From: Nitrospirota bacterium
GTDB lineage: Bacteria; Nitrospirota; UBA9217
Assembly: GCA_963796285.1 (NCBI GenBank)
Contig: CAWCKW010000012.1
Span: 800,001-864,000 of the forward strand
DNA length: 64,000 nt
Direction: 5' to 3'
Part shown: piece by piece, positions 40,886-52,335 of the stretch
Position numbering within the stretch: position 1 is the first letter of the stretch
Layout: every line of letters starts with the position of its first letter
Made by a program: the position numbers and the translations under genes
Notes under the pieces: generated by a model
Databases searched by the model: none
Told to the model about the DNA's origin: nothing
Seen by the model: the letters and a program-made list of their open reading frames with translations, nothing else

Positions 40886-41959
40886 CTACCGTACGGCAAG
40901 ATCCTTGTAAAGCGATTCATACTGTCTGGCTATCTTCGGCCAGGACAGCTCCAGTGCCCTCTTTCGCGATCGTTCCCCGAGTTGCTGGTTCTGGTCCTCA
41001 TCGAATGCCAAGGAAATAAGACAGTGCCTGAAATCATCGATGTCGTTGTTCTTGACGAAGAAAGCGCCGGCATTCTGTGCATATTCCCTCGTGGCAACCA
41101 GGTCGGTCGTAAGAACCGGCAGTCCGCAGGCCATGCCTTCCAGGATTGCATTGTTCGCGGTGGCATCCTTAAACGGCATGAACAGGAGATTGGCCTGCTG
41201 ATAGAGATCCAGCAGTTCGGGGTCGCTGATGCTCCGATGTATGAATACGTTTTTAAGTTTGTGCTTTAATTGAACGCTTGATACTATATGAAACTCTATG
41301 GATTCCCTGTCGAGAAGGCTTGCCGCGACCATTTCCAGCGCATCATAATCCCGGAGCCAATGGCCGACAGTAACACACTTGAATTTGTTTTTTTTTCTTT
41401 TGGCATAATCCGGCTGATAGTAATCCGTATCGATTCCATGCAGGATGACGGATATTTTATCCTCGTCTACATCATTTGAAAAGAATTCTTTTTGTTCCGA
41501 GGACATTAAAATTATATGGTCCAAGTTCCGGACTATTTCGGGCGATATAATATCCTTGAGCACGCTTTTGGTCTGGTGGAACATCGCAACGACTGCTGGT
41601 TTTTCCTTTTTTGTCGATAAGGAGCTTTTGAGCAAACCGGGCAGGTAGTGCAGTGAATGTTCAGGGTCTAAATACTGGATAACATCAATTTTCTCGACCC
41701 ATGTTTTTCTTAATACGGACAGTTCGGCGTAAAAATCGTTGAGATCATAGATATAATTCTTTTTCTTTTTGAGGTTGAGAATTTTTTTTAGTACTTTTTT
41801 AATGAGCTTTATCTGTACAGGAAAGGTGTCGTCGCCCATGGTAACGAGTTGCTCGGAAACGGAAAAGGATCGTTTGTCAAGGTATTTCAAGTACTGCACA
41901 ATGCCTGACTGGGAGGCCCATTGCGGATAATGTGTTCTGATGGCTAAGATGTTTATCAA
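40886..41959 (-). CDS. GT4 glycosyltransferase
   Basis: HGIDT, NNAILEGMACGLPV, SWPKIA. Confidence 0.85.
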   Translation of the reverse strand: MINILAIRTHYPQWASQSGIVQYLKYLDKRSFSVSEQLVTMGDDTFPVQIKLIKKVLKKILNLKKKKNYIYDLNDFYAELSVLRKTWVEKIDVIQYLDPEHSLHYLPGLLKSSLSTKKEKPAVVAMFHQTKSVLKDIISPEIVRNLDHIILMSSEQKEFFSNDVDEDKISVILHGIDTDYYQPDYAKRKKNKFKCVTVGHWLRDYDALEMVAASLLDRESIEFHIVSSVQLKHKLKNVFIHRSISDPELLDLYQQANLLFMPFKDATANNAILEGMACGLPVLTTDLVATREYAQNAGAFFVKNNDIDDFRHCLISLAFDEDQNQQLGERSRKRALELSWPKIARQYESLYKDLAVR

Positions 41960-42753
41960 TGCCCCATACCCAACGTTCTTTTAATTTTCCTGAACAGCAG
42001 CTTAAAATAAAATATATTCATCTTGAGCGAAGGAGTATAGTTGTTCACGATCCTCCATCGCTCCATCATTCGCGCAATGATGTTTTGTTCTGAAACGCCG
42101 TCAATAGAATGTATCGCTATTATTTTATCTGTGTCAAAGAACGTATATTTGTTCACGTAACAGTAGTAGATAAAATCAAAATCGCTCGAAATTTTATATC
42201 GAATATTAAACGGATGCTTTTTGAGAATGTCGGTCCTGACAAAAAGGCTTTGATGAGAACAAATCATAGACATCCACAGGTATTCGATGTTGTATGTCTT
42301 AATTAAGGTCAGGTTTTCATTCTCTTTATAATACGTATGTCCGTATACAAGATCAGCCGACGGAGGGATAGCTTCGATCACCTCTGCTAAGGTTGTCGAG
42401 CGGTAAAATGCATCTCCTGCATTCATGAAGTTGACCCATTCGCCGGTCGCAACGCTGACACCCTTATTCATCGCATCATAGATACCCTTATCGCCCTCGC
42501 TTATCCAATAGTCGATCTTATCTTCATATTGTTTAATGATGTCAAGTGTCCCATCGCTGGATCCTCCGTCGATTATGATATATTCCAGATTAGGGTACGA
42601 CTGTGCCGTAACATTCTTAATGATGTTCTCTACATTATTCGCGTCGTTAAACACGACCGTTACAATGGTTACAACCGGCCTGCCGGATTCATATTTCCTT
42701 TTGGTTCCCTTTACCCTTAACCCACCTTTTAGCTTTACCCGTGCATCATTCAT
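41956..42753 (-). CDS. GT2 glycosyltransferase
   Basis: TIVTVVFN, IIIDGGSSDGT, DKGIYDAMNKG, MNAGD; start placed at ATG 42753. Confidence 0.87.
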   Translation of the reverse strand: MNDARVKLKGGLRVKGTKRKYESGRPVVTIVTVVFNDANNVENIIKNVTAQSYPNLEYIIIDGGSSDGTLDIIKQYEDKIDYWISEGDKGIYDAMNKGVSVATGEWVNFMNAGDAFYRSTTLAEVIEAIPPSADLVYGHTYYKENENLTLIKTYNIEYLWMSMICSHQSLFVRTDILKKHPFNIRYKISSDFDFIYYCYVNKYTFFDTDKIIAIHSIDGVSEQNIIARMMERWRIVNNYTPSLKMNIFYFKLLFRKIKRTLGMGH

Positions 42754-42806
42754 ATCAATCTTTTTCCCCTCCGCGGAGATCACATGCATGTATACCAGGC
42801 AACAAG

Positions 42807-43883
42807 CTATTTCTTCCTTTGGAGATGCGCACTGAGCCATATCAGCGGTGTCGTAAGCTTCCATGACAGAGACGAATTCATCTGAAAGAGTTGCTGCTGC
42901 GTTTGCCGGAGTTCAGCTCGTGTTGCTATCAATTGAGCATGGAGCATATTAATGACCTTAAGTCGTTCCGAGCGATCCGCCTCGCTTTCTTTCAACTGCG
43001 CTTCGAGTTGGGCAACAAGTCCATTCTTTGGTCCTCGGTCGGTCTTATACTCTTTTAATTGGGCATCCAGCCTCTGGATCGCTTCAATTCGTACTGCGTG
43101 GCCAGAACTACTTTCTTGTAACGGTTTCAGTGCTTCCATAAAAAGAGAGTCAGGTTTGCGGATGGAACCATTGGGTTCAATATCGAGCGGGTCGTCATTA
43201 AAGCCTTGAATCGCAGATTCATCGGCCCTGCACTGCTTCGCCTGGTCAAATCCCGCACTCGTTAAGAGCATTTTTAATGAATACCGGTCATACATCCACT
43301 GGTGGCCTCTCCGGATAATCTGAATTTTCCTATTGTTTCGTAGTCTTCTTCATAATAGGGAGATCTTTCACGTGACCCTTTGCCCCTGGTGAATTACGAA
43401 ACTGATTTATCATGGTTAATGCTTCTGAACCGACCCTCGCGATAACAAAGTCTTCTGCGGGCATCGGGTTTTGCATCCAGTATTTAAGCATCTCTCCGCC
43501 GGTCTGATTGCGGGCTATCTGGTCGAGCAGCTCAAGCATGATCCAGTCGTATCGTTCCTGAGCAACTTTATCGTTCTGCAACGCGCGATCAAGAAGTTCA
43601 AGATAGATCCGTGCTATCTGTTCCGGATCGGAGATGATCAGCCAGATAACCTCCCGGCTTCAGGACCCTGAAACATTCATGGAAAAACATCGGCACATAA
43701 ATCTGGCAGATGCTCCTGAACATGCGAATGATAGACGACATCAAAGAAGTCGTCCTCAAAGGGCAATATTTCCTTAAGATAATTCGCCAGTACCTTCGGA
43801 TTGCTCGAGTGGAGGTCGACATTGATCCAGTCGGGATGATATCTGTCGCCACATCCGAGATTTAATAATTTCATAGAGCTCAT
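42807..43883 (-). CDS. Methyltransferase with C-terminal coiled coil (several frameshifts)
   Basis: LNLGCG, DVVYHSHV.EH, RVLKPGG, WMYDRYSL, heptad-rich tail ending SLSWKLTTPL. Confidence 0.72.
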
Positions 43884-44809
43884 GTCTTATTTTTTTCTTT
43901 TTTTTCGAACCAGATCCCTGTTGCGTCGATCGGATGAATGTCGTATGCCAGCTTGTGTTGTTTTTCAAACTCGTGGAGAGCCTTTTTACATCCCTCCCAA
44001 TGACCATAGTCATCAACCTGAATCAAACCTCCATCAACAATCATGTCATAAAGATGATGCAGGATCGACTGTGTGGATTCGTACCAGTCTCCGTCAATAT
44101 GTAAAAATGATATTTTATTTATGTCTTTTACTATCTGCGGTAAGATGTTGCGTGAAAATATCCTTTTACCGGTTTTACAATATTGACAACACCCAGTGTT
44201 ACTGCATATTTCAAGCAAACTGTGCTCGGGTGCTGCACATGTGCCGCTCCCCCATCCCGTATCATTAGCCGTTTAACCGAAGCTCCAGTCTTCGGCAGTA
44301 GGTTCGGGCATTCCTTCAATGAATCACACGAAAACAGCATTTTTTCTAGACACGAGAATATTTTTTATCACATTCAGAAAAAACGCTGAGGAACCACCCC
44401 GCGCAACCCCGCATTCTACAAAATTCCCTTCTACGTTATTTTTGCAGACCTCTTTAGTCAGCGTAAATAGCGAGAATAATCGTTCTTGGGAAAGCATGGT
44501 ATATGGCCAGATTATATCCAGCAGGGAGTTAAATTCCTGATCATCAAATCTTTTAGTTTCTTTTATTTCAATTTCTTTTAACAAAGACAAGGCTTCATCG
44601 TTATCGGGGAAATAAGACAGCTCCTCCAATAATGCCTGCTTTGCATCCAATGATAGCTTCATGCCGATAAAGCATCGGGCGCGCAACATATCAAGATTTC
44701 GCTGCGGCGTTTTCAACGATTTCGCCTGATTCAGCAATAAAAAGGCATCATCGAATGAATTACTTTTCATTTTCTTTACAGCATCTTCAATAATGAGATC
44801 TATTTTCAT
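43880..44809 (-). CDS. TylF/MycF/NovP family O-methyltransferase with N-terminal TPR-like helices (frameshifted)
   Basis: PYTMLSQERL, GNFVECGVARGGS, LHIDGDWYEST, DDYGHWEGCKKA. Confidence 0.8.
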
Positions 44810-44921
44810 ATTAGCCCATTTTCGAAATAATTATTATGCACTGACATGCTGCAAAAATGTTGTAATTTGACAGATTAAGATTGCTGGTATTTGCATCAAT
44901 ACGTCATGGTATAGCAAACTA

Positions 44922-46292
44922 TTAATCCGTAATGAGTTCACAGGCCAAGTTGCCCTTAAGGTCCACCATGCCATAAAAGGGTAGCTTAAGGCCATGTTCT
45001 TGTTCTCTGATCATAATTTTCCCGGTCCGGCTGACCCTTAAGACGGGATTGATTTTTGAATAAAGCACGTCTGACCCCATATCCTGTGCATGGTCATAGT
45101 CGGTTTTATTTATCGTTGCGAGCCCGACTATAAACGTGTATTCTCCAACAAATAGTTGCAGCTTTATGGTCTGCCTGAATCTGATACGATTACCCTTCTC
45201 CAATATCGCTGGAGCATCAAGAAGATAATGTAACGAGCTTTTTGAGTACAACACGATATTCATGTTGTTGGTTATTTCTATGCCACCGAGAGGTACATCT
45301 GTATTTTGAAGCGATTCGAATTCATAATAAAAATATGCAGTTTCTCCTATTTGGAAACTCGTGCAGGGTTTTCCTTCTTCATTGCAAATAGCAATGCCAT
45401 TACATTTCATAACATTCGTCTGGCCGATTATAACGGCATCGGATAGATCATAAAAAGATGAAGCCGGGGGCCAGTTCTTAATAAGTCCATAGCCGCCACC
45501 TGTAATATTATGGTTCTCTTCACGCTTTTCTGCATATCCTAGAGCGGCAGGAACCGGATTGCTGTGCAACAGCGCGTAATATCGATGAACGGCCTCATTC
45601 GGGTGCCCTATGAACATGCATTGACCCTGATCAAGCAGCAAAACCTTATCGCTGTATTTTTCAATTGAACGTATATCATGAGAAACAACAATGATCGTGG
45701 TGCCGTTCTGAACCAGCTTTTCCATCCGCGCATGGCATTTTTGCTGAAAGAAAATATCACCAACGCTCAGGGCTTCGTCGACGATCAGAATATCGGGATC
45801 AACGCTAATGGCGTTGGCAAAAGCGAGCCGGACGAACATTCCGCTGGAGTACATTTTGACAGGCTGACGAACGAACTCACCGATGTCAGCGAAGGCGAGG
45901 ATGTCATCAATCTTTGCGTCCATTTCCATTCTGGTATAACCCATGATCGTTCCGCTGAAATAGATATTTTCTATGCCTGTCAGCTCAGGGTTAAATCCAG
46001 CTCCGAGTTCGAGGAGGGCCGAGACGTTACCGTTTACCACTATATCTCCGGATGTGGGGGTCAAAACGCCTGTAAGTATTTTTAGCAATGTGGATTTGCC
46101 TGATCCATTTTTCCCGATGATACCAATGGATTCACCTTTTTGCACATCGAAGTTTATATTGTTCAGCGCATAGAAATCCCGGTGATATTTTTTTCTGAGG
46201 GGATGAAGCGATTCCTTCAACCGGTCAGTGGTATTGTTGTACAGCTTATAAACTTTTGACAGATTGTTGACTGTAATAATATTATCGGCCAT
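44922..46292 (-). CDS. wzt: Polysaccharide ABC exporter ATPase with C-terminal carbohydrate-binding module
   Basis: GKNGSGKST, YSSGMFVRLAF, DEALSVGD and long beta-rich C-terminal extension. Confidence 0.92.
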   Translation of the reverse strand: MADNIITVNNLSKVYKLYNNTTDRLKESLHPLRKKYHRDFYALNNINFDVQKGESIGIIGKNGSGKSTLLKILTGVLTPTSGDIVVNGNVSALLELGAGFNPELTGIENIYFSGTIMGYTRMEMDAKIDDILAFADIGEFVRQPVKMYSSGMFVRLAFANAISVDPDILIVDEALSVGDIFFQQKCHARMEKLVQNGTTIIVVSHDIRSIEKYSDKVLLLDQGQCMFIGHPNEAVHRYYALLHSNPVPAALGYAEKREENHNITGGGYGLIKNWPPASSFYDLSDAVIIGQTNVMKCNGIAICNEEGKPCTSFQIGETAYFYYEFESLQNTDVPLGGIEITNNMNIVLYSKSSLHYLLDAPAILEKGNRIRFRQTIKLQLFVGEYTFIVGLATINKTDYDHAQDMGSDVLYSKINPVLRVSRTGKIMIREQEHGLKLPFYGMVDLKGNLACELITD

Positions 46293-46295
46293 GGT

Positions 46296-47120
46296 TTATA
46301 ACACATCCGAAAAATGCGGTCTTAATCTTTTGAAAACAAAGGCGCCCACGATAAAAATAGTGAATGTTACGGCCCAAAAATATGCCGTTAATGCAGCGTG
46401 TTCCCAGAACCAGACTCGATTGATGAAACTGTCGCGGTAGCCTTCAATGATGTAATATAGCGGGTTCAACTTTATGAATATCTGATATTTTCCCTGCAGT
46501 GTTTTCGATGACCAGAAGATCGGCGTAAGCCAAAATCCGAATTGGAGCATCATCCCTACGATCTGCCCTGTGTCTCTCAGGAAAAGGGTCAAGGAAGATG
46601 TTATCCATGACAACCCTGCAATTAAAATGATCATTGCGAATAGGTAGTAAATAACTTGTACGTAATACCATTGCGGCGTAAAACCATATCCGAGGAACAT
46701 GATGCATAAAACTCCCACAAAAAAGAAATGGATAAATAACGCTGAAAGTATTTTTATGATCGGCAGTATGCTCACCCTGAAAACCACTTTTTGGACAAGA
46801 TAGCTCTTTTCTAGAATGGAGTTGGCTGCGCTCGACACGCTGTCGCCAAAAAAAAACCATGGGATCATGCCCGCTATGAGCCACAGAACAAAAGGGACTT
46901 CAGCAGTAGCAATCGATTTTGTTTTAAAGCCCACCTGGAACACGAACCAGAATATCGCTATGGTGATCGACGGGTTCACGAACGCCCAGATCAGGCCTAA
47001 ATAGGATCCGAGATATTTCGACTTGAAATCCTGCTTGGTCAGTTCATAGATAACGGCTCTGCTCTGAAAAAGATCAGCTAAAAACCGAAAAAAACCAGGT
47101 ATCTGTTTTACGATAAACAT
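46296..47120 (-). CDS. wzm: Polysaccharide ABC exporter permease
   Basis: DFKSKYLGSYLG.IW, FWLTPIFW, LNPLYYII.GYR. Confidence 0.92.
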   Translation of the reverse strand: MFIVKQIPGFFRFLADLFQSRAVIYELTKQDFKSKYLGSYLGLIWAFVNPSITIAIFWFVFQVGFKTKSIATAEVPFVLWLIAGMIPWFFFGDSVSSAANSILEKSYLVQKVVFRVSILPIIKILSALFIHFFFVGVLCIMFLGYGFTPQWYYVQVIYYLFAMIILIAGLSWITSSLTLFLRDTGQIVGMMLQFGFWLTPIFWSSKTLQGKYQIFIKLNPLYYIIEGYRDSFINRVWFWEHAALTAYFWAVTFTIFIVGAFVFKRLRPHFSDVL

Positions 47121-47162
47121 AATTATTACTAAATGGGTGGCCTCTCCGGGAATGACCTTGTC

Positions 47163-48116
47163 TTACGGGTGAGAAAGGCGCTCTTTCTCTGCGGCGTTTT
47201 GCAAATACCATTGATACACATTCTTGATACCTTGCTCGAGCTCCAGTTTGTGTCTCCATCCAAGAGCATGGATCTTTGATACATCGATCAGCTTGCGCGG
47301 CGTGCCGTCCGGTTTACTAGCATCAAAGACAATATTACCTGAGAATCCCACTATCATTTTAACGAGCAAAGCCAGTTCTTTTATGGTCAACTCGCTGCCA
47401 GTCCCGATATTAACAATCTCATCGCCTTCATAATGCTGCATAAGAAAATAACAGGCATCAGCCACATCGTCCACATGAATAAACTCACGATAGGGGGCGC
47501 CCGTACCCCAGATGATTACGCTCTTTTCGCTATTGATCTTCGCCTCGTGGAACTTTCTGATAAGTGCAGGCAGCACATGCGAGGTCGTGAGGTCGAAGTT
47601 ATCATTGGGTCCATAGAGATTTGTCGGCATCGCTGAAATATTATGCGTTCCATACTGCCGGTTATATGATTGGCACATCTTTATTCCTGCGATTTTTGCT
47701 ACTGCATACGGCTCGTTGGTAGGCTCCAGCGGTCCGCTGAGGAGGCATTCCTCTTTCATAGGCTGTGGCGCCAGCTTCGGATAGATGCAGGAGCTGCCCA
47801 GAAAAAGAAGCTTTTTTACACCGGTCACATAAGCGCTGTGGATGATATTTGTCTGTATCATCAAGTTGTTATAGATGAATTCCGCCGGATACTTATTATT
47901 GGCTACGATGCCCCCCACCTTGGCAGCGGCAAGAAATACATATTCAGGCTTTTCTATTTTAAATAAATCGGCGACAGCAGTCTGGCTTAGAAGGTCAAGC
48001 TCGGAACTTGTACGCACCAGAAGATTTACATGGCCTTCAGTCTTCAGTTTCTGGACGATAGCCGATCCGACAAGTCCTCGATGGCCCGCTATATAGATTT
48101 TAGAATGCCGCTTCAT
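47163..48116 (-). CDS. fcl: GDP-L-fucose synthase
   Basis: [44 protein letters not shown]. Confidence 0.93.
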   Translation of the reverse strand: MKRHSKIYIAGHRGLVGSAIVQKLKTEGHVNLLVRTSSELDLLSQTAVADLFKIEKPEYVFLAAAKVGGIVANNKYPAEFIYNNLMIQTNIIHSAYVTGVKKLLFLGSSCIYPKLAPQPMKEECLLSGPLEPTNEPYAVAKIAGIKMCQSYNRQYGTHNISAMPTNLYGPNDNFDLTTSHVLPALIRKFHEAKINSEKSVIIWGTGAPYREFIHVDDVADACYFLMQHYEGDEIVNIGTGSELTIKELALLVKMIVGFSGNIVFDASKPDGTPRKLIDVSKIHALGWRHKLELEQGIKNVYQWYLQNAAEKERLSHP

Positions 48117-48161
48117 AATGTACAAGCATACCGGCAACCACGGCGCATAATGAAATGGTGA

Positions 48162-48899
48162 TCAGGTGCTGAGCCCACTTTTGTTACCGGGTTGATAGTT
48201 CCTTTCTCCCGACCAGGTTATCCCTCGTTTCACGATGCACGCTGGATTTCCCGCGAGGATCACGCCTTTTTCGTCAGCGCTTTTTGTCACGACCGATCCT
48301 GCGGCAACAATCGAATCGTCCAAAATGGAAACTCCTTTAAGAATGATGCTGTGACCCCCAACCCAAACGTGGTCGCCGAAGGTAATGTTTTTTGCAACAT
48401 TAACTTTCTCTCCGCTTTTCGCATCAATTACTGAATGGGAATCGCCTGTTCGAATATCAAGGTTGTAAGCAAACAGGCAGTCGTTGCCGATTTCTATTTT
48501 TAAACCGGGTTCAATAACCGTAAGATTACTATAACCGGCGAATATTGTCCTTTCTCCGATTATGAGCTGTCCCCCTTCGTCTTCAAACCATACATTCAAT
48601 CCCGGGCCGAGGATACACCCCTCCCCGATGGATATGATGTGGTTGTTGCCTTTAATGTTGAAGGTTACACCGTTCAAAGAACAGTTCTGTTTTATATCGA
48701 TGCGGTTCCCATTACCTGTAATACTAAAGGTCACGTTTGTCAGCAAGGCACCGCGATACTCAATCTCATTATTGTTGCCAATAATGATTTTAGTAACCGT
48801 ATCCGTTCCTTTTCGGAGACGGAAACGATGAACGATGCCGCACAGGACAGACCATTTCCTGAGCCCGACAGCATAGATCCTTCTAATGATTGATCTCAT
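48162..48899 (-). CDS. Hexapeptide-repeat (LbH) acyltransferase
   Basis: IGNDCLFA, DSHS, GDHVWVG, AGNPA. Confidence 0.85.
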   Translation of the reverse strand: MRSIIRRIYAVGLRKWSVLCGIVHRFRLRKGTDTVTKIIIGNNNEIEYRGALLTNVTFSITGNGNRIDIKQNCSLNGVTFNIKGNNHIISIGEGCILGPGLNVWFEDEGGQLIIGERTIFAGYSNLTVIEPGLKIEIGNDCLFAYNLDIRTGDSHSVIDAKSGEKVNVAKNITFGDHVWVGGHSIILKGVSILDDSIVAAGSVVTKSADEKGVILAGNPACIVKRGITWSGERNYQPGNKSGLST

Positions 48900-48972
48900 T
48901 TATGGTATTGGTATCTTTACAATGTTTCTCGACAAGATTTGTTAAATCAGGAGAAGGCTTCATCAGCATACC

Positions 48973-50025
48973 TCACCGTCCATTCGCCCTCAATTCCTTT
49001 TCAGCGGCAGCATAATCGGCATCCGTCATCATCTTAACGAGAGCTTCAAAGTCCACTTTCGGCTGCCAGCAAAGCTTGTCCCTCGCCTTAGAAGAATCTC
49101 CGAGCAGGAAATCGACTTCAGTGGGTCGATAATATTTTTTATCGATTTCTATGCACATATTTCCACTCTTTGCATCGATGCCTTTCTCATGCACGCCCTT
49201 TCCCTTCCATTCGAGCGGCATGCCGAGGTGAGCGAAAACCTTTTCCGCGAATTCTCTCACGGAATGGGTCTCACCCGTTGCAATGACGTAATCTTCCGGC
49301 GCTGATTGCTGGAGCATGAGCCACATGGCCTCCACATAATCACCGGCATATCCCCAATCGCGCTTTGCATCCAGATTGCCGAGATAGAGGCAGGATTGCA
49401 GTCCCAGTTTGATGCGGGCCGCGGCACGTGTGATCTTTCTCGTCACGAAGGTCTCGCCCCTGCGCGGCGATTCATGGTTGAAAAGGATCCCATTGCACGC
49501 ATAGAGATCATAGCTTTCTCGATAGTTCACAGTAATATAATACGCGTATGCCTTTGCGCATCCATAGGGAGAACGCGGATAAAACGGAGTGGTTTCCTTC
49601 TGAGGGGTCTCTGCGACCTTGCCGAACAGCTCAGATGAGGATGCCTGGTAATACTTCGTGTTCAGCTCTGTTTCCCTGATGCCTTCAAGAAGCCTTACCG
49701 CGCCGAGCGCATCAACCTCGCCCGTGTACTCTGGAATATCGAACGAAACCCTCACATGGCTCTGAGCGCCCAGGTTGTAGATTTCGTCAGGCCGAACATC
49801 GCGCAGCACCTTGTTGATCGAACTTGCATCGTTCAGGTCGCCATAATGAAGAAACATGCGGACGCCGGACTCGTGAGGGTCCCGGTAAATATGATCAATT
49901 CTCTCCGTGTTGAAAGAGGAGGAACGCCTGATCATCCCGTGGACTTCGTATCCTTTCGAGAGTAAGAGTTCGGCCAGGTATGATCCGTCCTGACCGGTGA
50001 TCCCGGTAATCAATGCTTTTTTCAT
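48973..50025 (-). CDS. gmd: GDP-mannose 4,6-dehydratase
   Basis: [48 protein letters not shown]; start placed at ATG 50025. Confidence 0.95.
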   Translation of the reverse strand: MKKALITGITGQDGSYLAELLLSKGYEVHGMIRRSSSFNTERIDHIYRDPHESGVRMFLHYGDLNDASSINKVLRDVRPDEIYNLGAQSHVRVSFDIPEYTGEVDALGAVRLLEGIRETELNTKYYQASSSELFGKVAETPQKETTPFYPRSPYGCAKAYAYYITVNYRESYDLYACNGILFNHESPRRGETFVTRKITRAAARIKLGLQSCLYLGNLDAKRDWGYAGDYVEAMWLMLQQSAPEDYVIATGETHSVREFAEKVFAHLGMPLEWKGKGVHEKGIDAKSGNMCIEIDKKYYRPTEVDFLLGDSSKARDKLCWQPKVDFEALVKMMTDADYAAAEKELRANGR

Positions 50026-50095
50026 TCGTTCTCCATATACCAATAAATTTGATCTCCGTTGTTCTGACCGTTCTTTGTTGCAGCAACACGGGCAA

Positions 50096-51103
50096 TTATG
50101 AGAGCATCGATTGTTTTTCGCCCTTTTTCTGCAACAGTTGCAGATCGTTTTCGACCATTTCATTTATGATATCGTTAAGGCCTTTGGTCCGCTTCCATTG
50201 CAGTTTCGACTGCGCCTTCGATGAATCGCCGCAGAGAGGAACCGTTTCAGATTCTCTGTACAGGCGCTTGTCTATAGTAACGAAATCACGATAATCAAGC
50301 GCGACGCGTTCAAAGGCATATTGGGCAAACTCCCTGACCGAATGCGTTACTCCCGTGGCGATAACGTAATCATCGGGAGAAGGTTGCTGAAGCATCAGCC
50401 ACATGGCGTGTACGTATTCCGGAGCATATCCCCAGTCACGAAGCGCATCCAGGTTCCCGAGGGACAGCTTGTTTTGAAGCCCAAGCTTGATTTGGGCGAC
50501 CGTGGACGTAATTTTTCGGGTAACGAATTCAAATCCGCGGCGTGGAGACTCATGGTTATAGAGAATGCCCGTACAGGCAAACATACCATACCGTTCCCGA
50601 TAATTACTGACAAGATGATGACTGGATAGCTTTGCTATCCCATAGATCGAACGTGGCTTGAACGGTGTAGATTCGTTCTGAGGAGTAACCGACGCGTGCC
50701 CGAACATTTCGCTCGATCCTGCAAAATAGAAACGGCAGGACGGGACCACTTCCTTTATCGAGGCAAGCAAAAAGTGGGTGCCGGTAAAGTTATTGACAAT
50801 AATGGAAAATTCATCATCGAATGAATAACTGACGAAACTGGATGCGGCCAGATGATAGCATTCATTGGGCTGGACTTCACGGATGACTTTATAGAGAGAC
50901 AGATGGTTATCAAGTGAAGCCGCGTGCAGCTTTATTCTGTCATTGATGCCCATGAGGTTATGTAACATGTGAGTCTTATCTTCTTCAGCTATTTTCCTCA
51001 CGATACCATGGACATCGTAGTTTTTTGACAGCAGCAGTTCCGCGAGATACGAGCCGTCTTGTCCCGCGATGCCCGTTATAAGAGCTTTTTTCCTGTTGTT
51101 CAT
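50096..51103 (-). CDS. Second, divergent GDP-mannose 4,6-dehydratase-like protein
   Basis: [43 protein letters not shown]. Confidence 0.85.
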   Translation of the reverse strand: MNNRKKALITGIAGQDGSYLAELLLSKNYDVHGIVRKIAEEDKTHMLHNLMGINDRIKLHAASLDNHLSLYKVIREVQPNECYHLAASSFVSYSFDDEFSIIVNNFTGTHFLLASIKEVVPSCRFYFAGSSEMFGHASVTPQNESTPFKPRSIYGIAKLSSHHLVSNYRERYGMFACTGILYNHESPRRGFEFVTRKITSTVAQIKLGLQNKLSLGNLDALRDWGYAPEYVHAMWLMLQQPSPDDYVIATGVTHSVREFAQYAFERVALDYRDFVTIDKRLYRESETVPLCGDSSKAQSKLQWKRTKGLNDIINEMVENDLQLLQKKGEKQSMLS

Positions 51104-51511
51104 TCCGGATATTTTTATAAGACAGCCATCAGTATTGTTGTTAGGAAATCAGAGGATTACGTGCGACTAACAGCAAAGGACCCTGTCGTTAACGTAGAGA
51201 CGAGGCCATTTCGACCGGCGCAACCGGCTACAGAAACCAGCAAGAAGGTATTGCAGACCTGCGTAAATGTTGAAAGATTTTCCCCGCTTTCATATACAAC
51301 TGAACCCATGCTTCATAAGATTAGCATGGAATCCTGGCTAAACCCGCAAGATATATGCATACAAAAGCTGCATTTTGTAATGCTGTTCCACAGGTAATTT
51401 GGCCAGATAAATCGCTTCCTTGGTGTCTTTGTGTCTTTTCAGAATAATACTACACTTCTTTCTTCAAGCAAAGCTGGAGTTTCTCTACCGCAAATGATTC
51501 TTTAGCTCTAT

Positions 51512-51540
51512 ACAATACAACATTTTATCAATATTGTAAA
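51512..51540 (-). promoter_or_regulatory. Candidate sigma70 promoter for the glycan cluster
   Basis: TTTACA-N17-TATTGT with AT-rich upstream tract, about 400 nt before the first ATG. Confidence 0.45.
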
Positions 51541-52241
51541 TAAAATTAATTACTTTTGGACAGAAACTGCTTTTCTGCGAAGCGACAACCTTCTGTTCGC
51601 ATGAAACTTTCCAGCTGTAGCGATCTTTGTTGGTGGTTGCTGGCCGCTGTCCAGGTTTTTCTGTAATCCCGCCCTGATGTCGTCCAAAACCACTGTTTTA
51701 TTCGATGCTCTCGCTTTTAACAGATCAACAAGGACGGATGCTGAGACAGAGCATGGCACTTTACGCGGTTTATTTATTCAACTTCGAATGGCGACATTTT
51801 TGCAGCTGATGGATTTTGTACAAATAGCTGATGCTAATCCGAGTGCAGATCAAAACAATGTTTGGTAGAGTTTTCTATCGAAGGATTTTGCATTCTTGCT
51901 TAAATAGATCAATTACACAAAAAGCAAAAGGAATATTATTTCAAGAGGGAAAGACTCCTTCGTAATAAGTTTCTGTGGAGTTGGCTCTTCAGCAACGATG
52001 AGATGATAGACGCGATGATTGTTCCCAGAGATTGAGGCTAAATAAAATAAAAAAGTCAGTGTCTATCAGAGCATCGATGTTCGTATTCGTTACCAGCACT
52101 CCGTTTTATGCAACGAGTTTCATCGGCGATCTGCCCGAACCATAGTCAAAGAAACTGCACAAACGGGATGGCAACCGAGGCATCCGTCAGGACGCCGAAA
52201 CAATCGATTTCTGCGCTCTTCATTCAAATCAATCTAAATCC

Positions 52242-52282
52242 GGACATTTCTATTTTGATAATAATAGGACATTTCTATTTTG
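52242..52282 (+). repeat. 16-bp direct repeat, period 25
   Basis: GGACATTTCTATTTTG at 52242-52257 and 52267-52282. Confidence 0.9.
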
Positions 52283-52306
52283 GCTTGACGCGTGCATACT
52301 TCCTCC

Positions 52307-52335
52307 TTGCATTTTACCGTGTATTATAATATCAT
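52307..52335 (+). promoter_or_regulatory. Candidate sigma70 promoter for wbaP
   Basis: TTGCAT-N17-TATCAT. Confidence 0.5.

Noticed and set aside
52130-52205. Hairpin ACGGGATG...CATCCGT with GCACAAAC/GGACGC as a riboswitch
   Set aside because: Motif order and stems do not fit GEMM or another riboswitch I recognise.
52242-52282. CRISPR array
   Set aside because: Two 16-bp copies with a 9-nt spacer and no cas genes.
51550-52329. Short ORFs (63-73 aa) in the gmd-wbaP gap
   Set aside because: No RBS, motif or recognisable homology; a degraded gene cannot be excluded.
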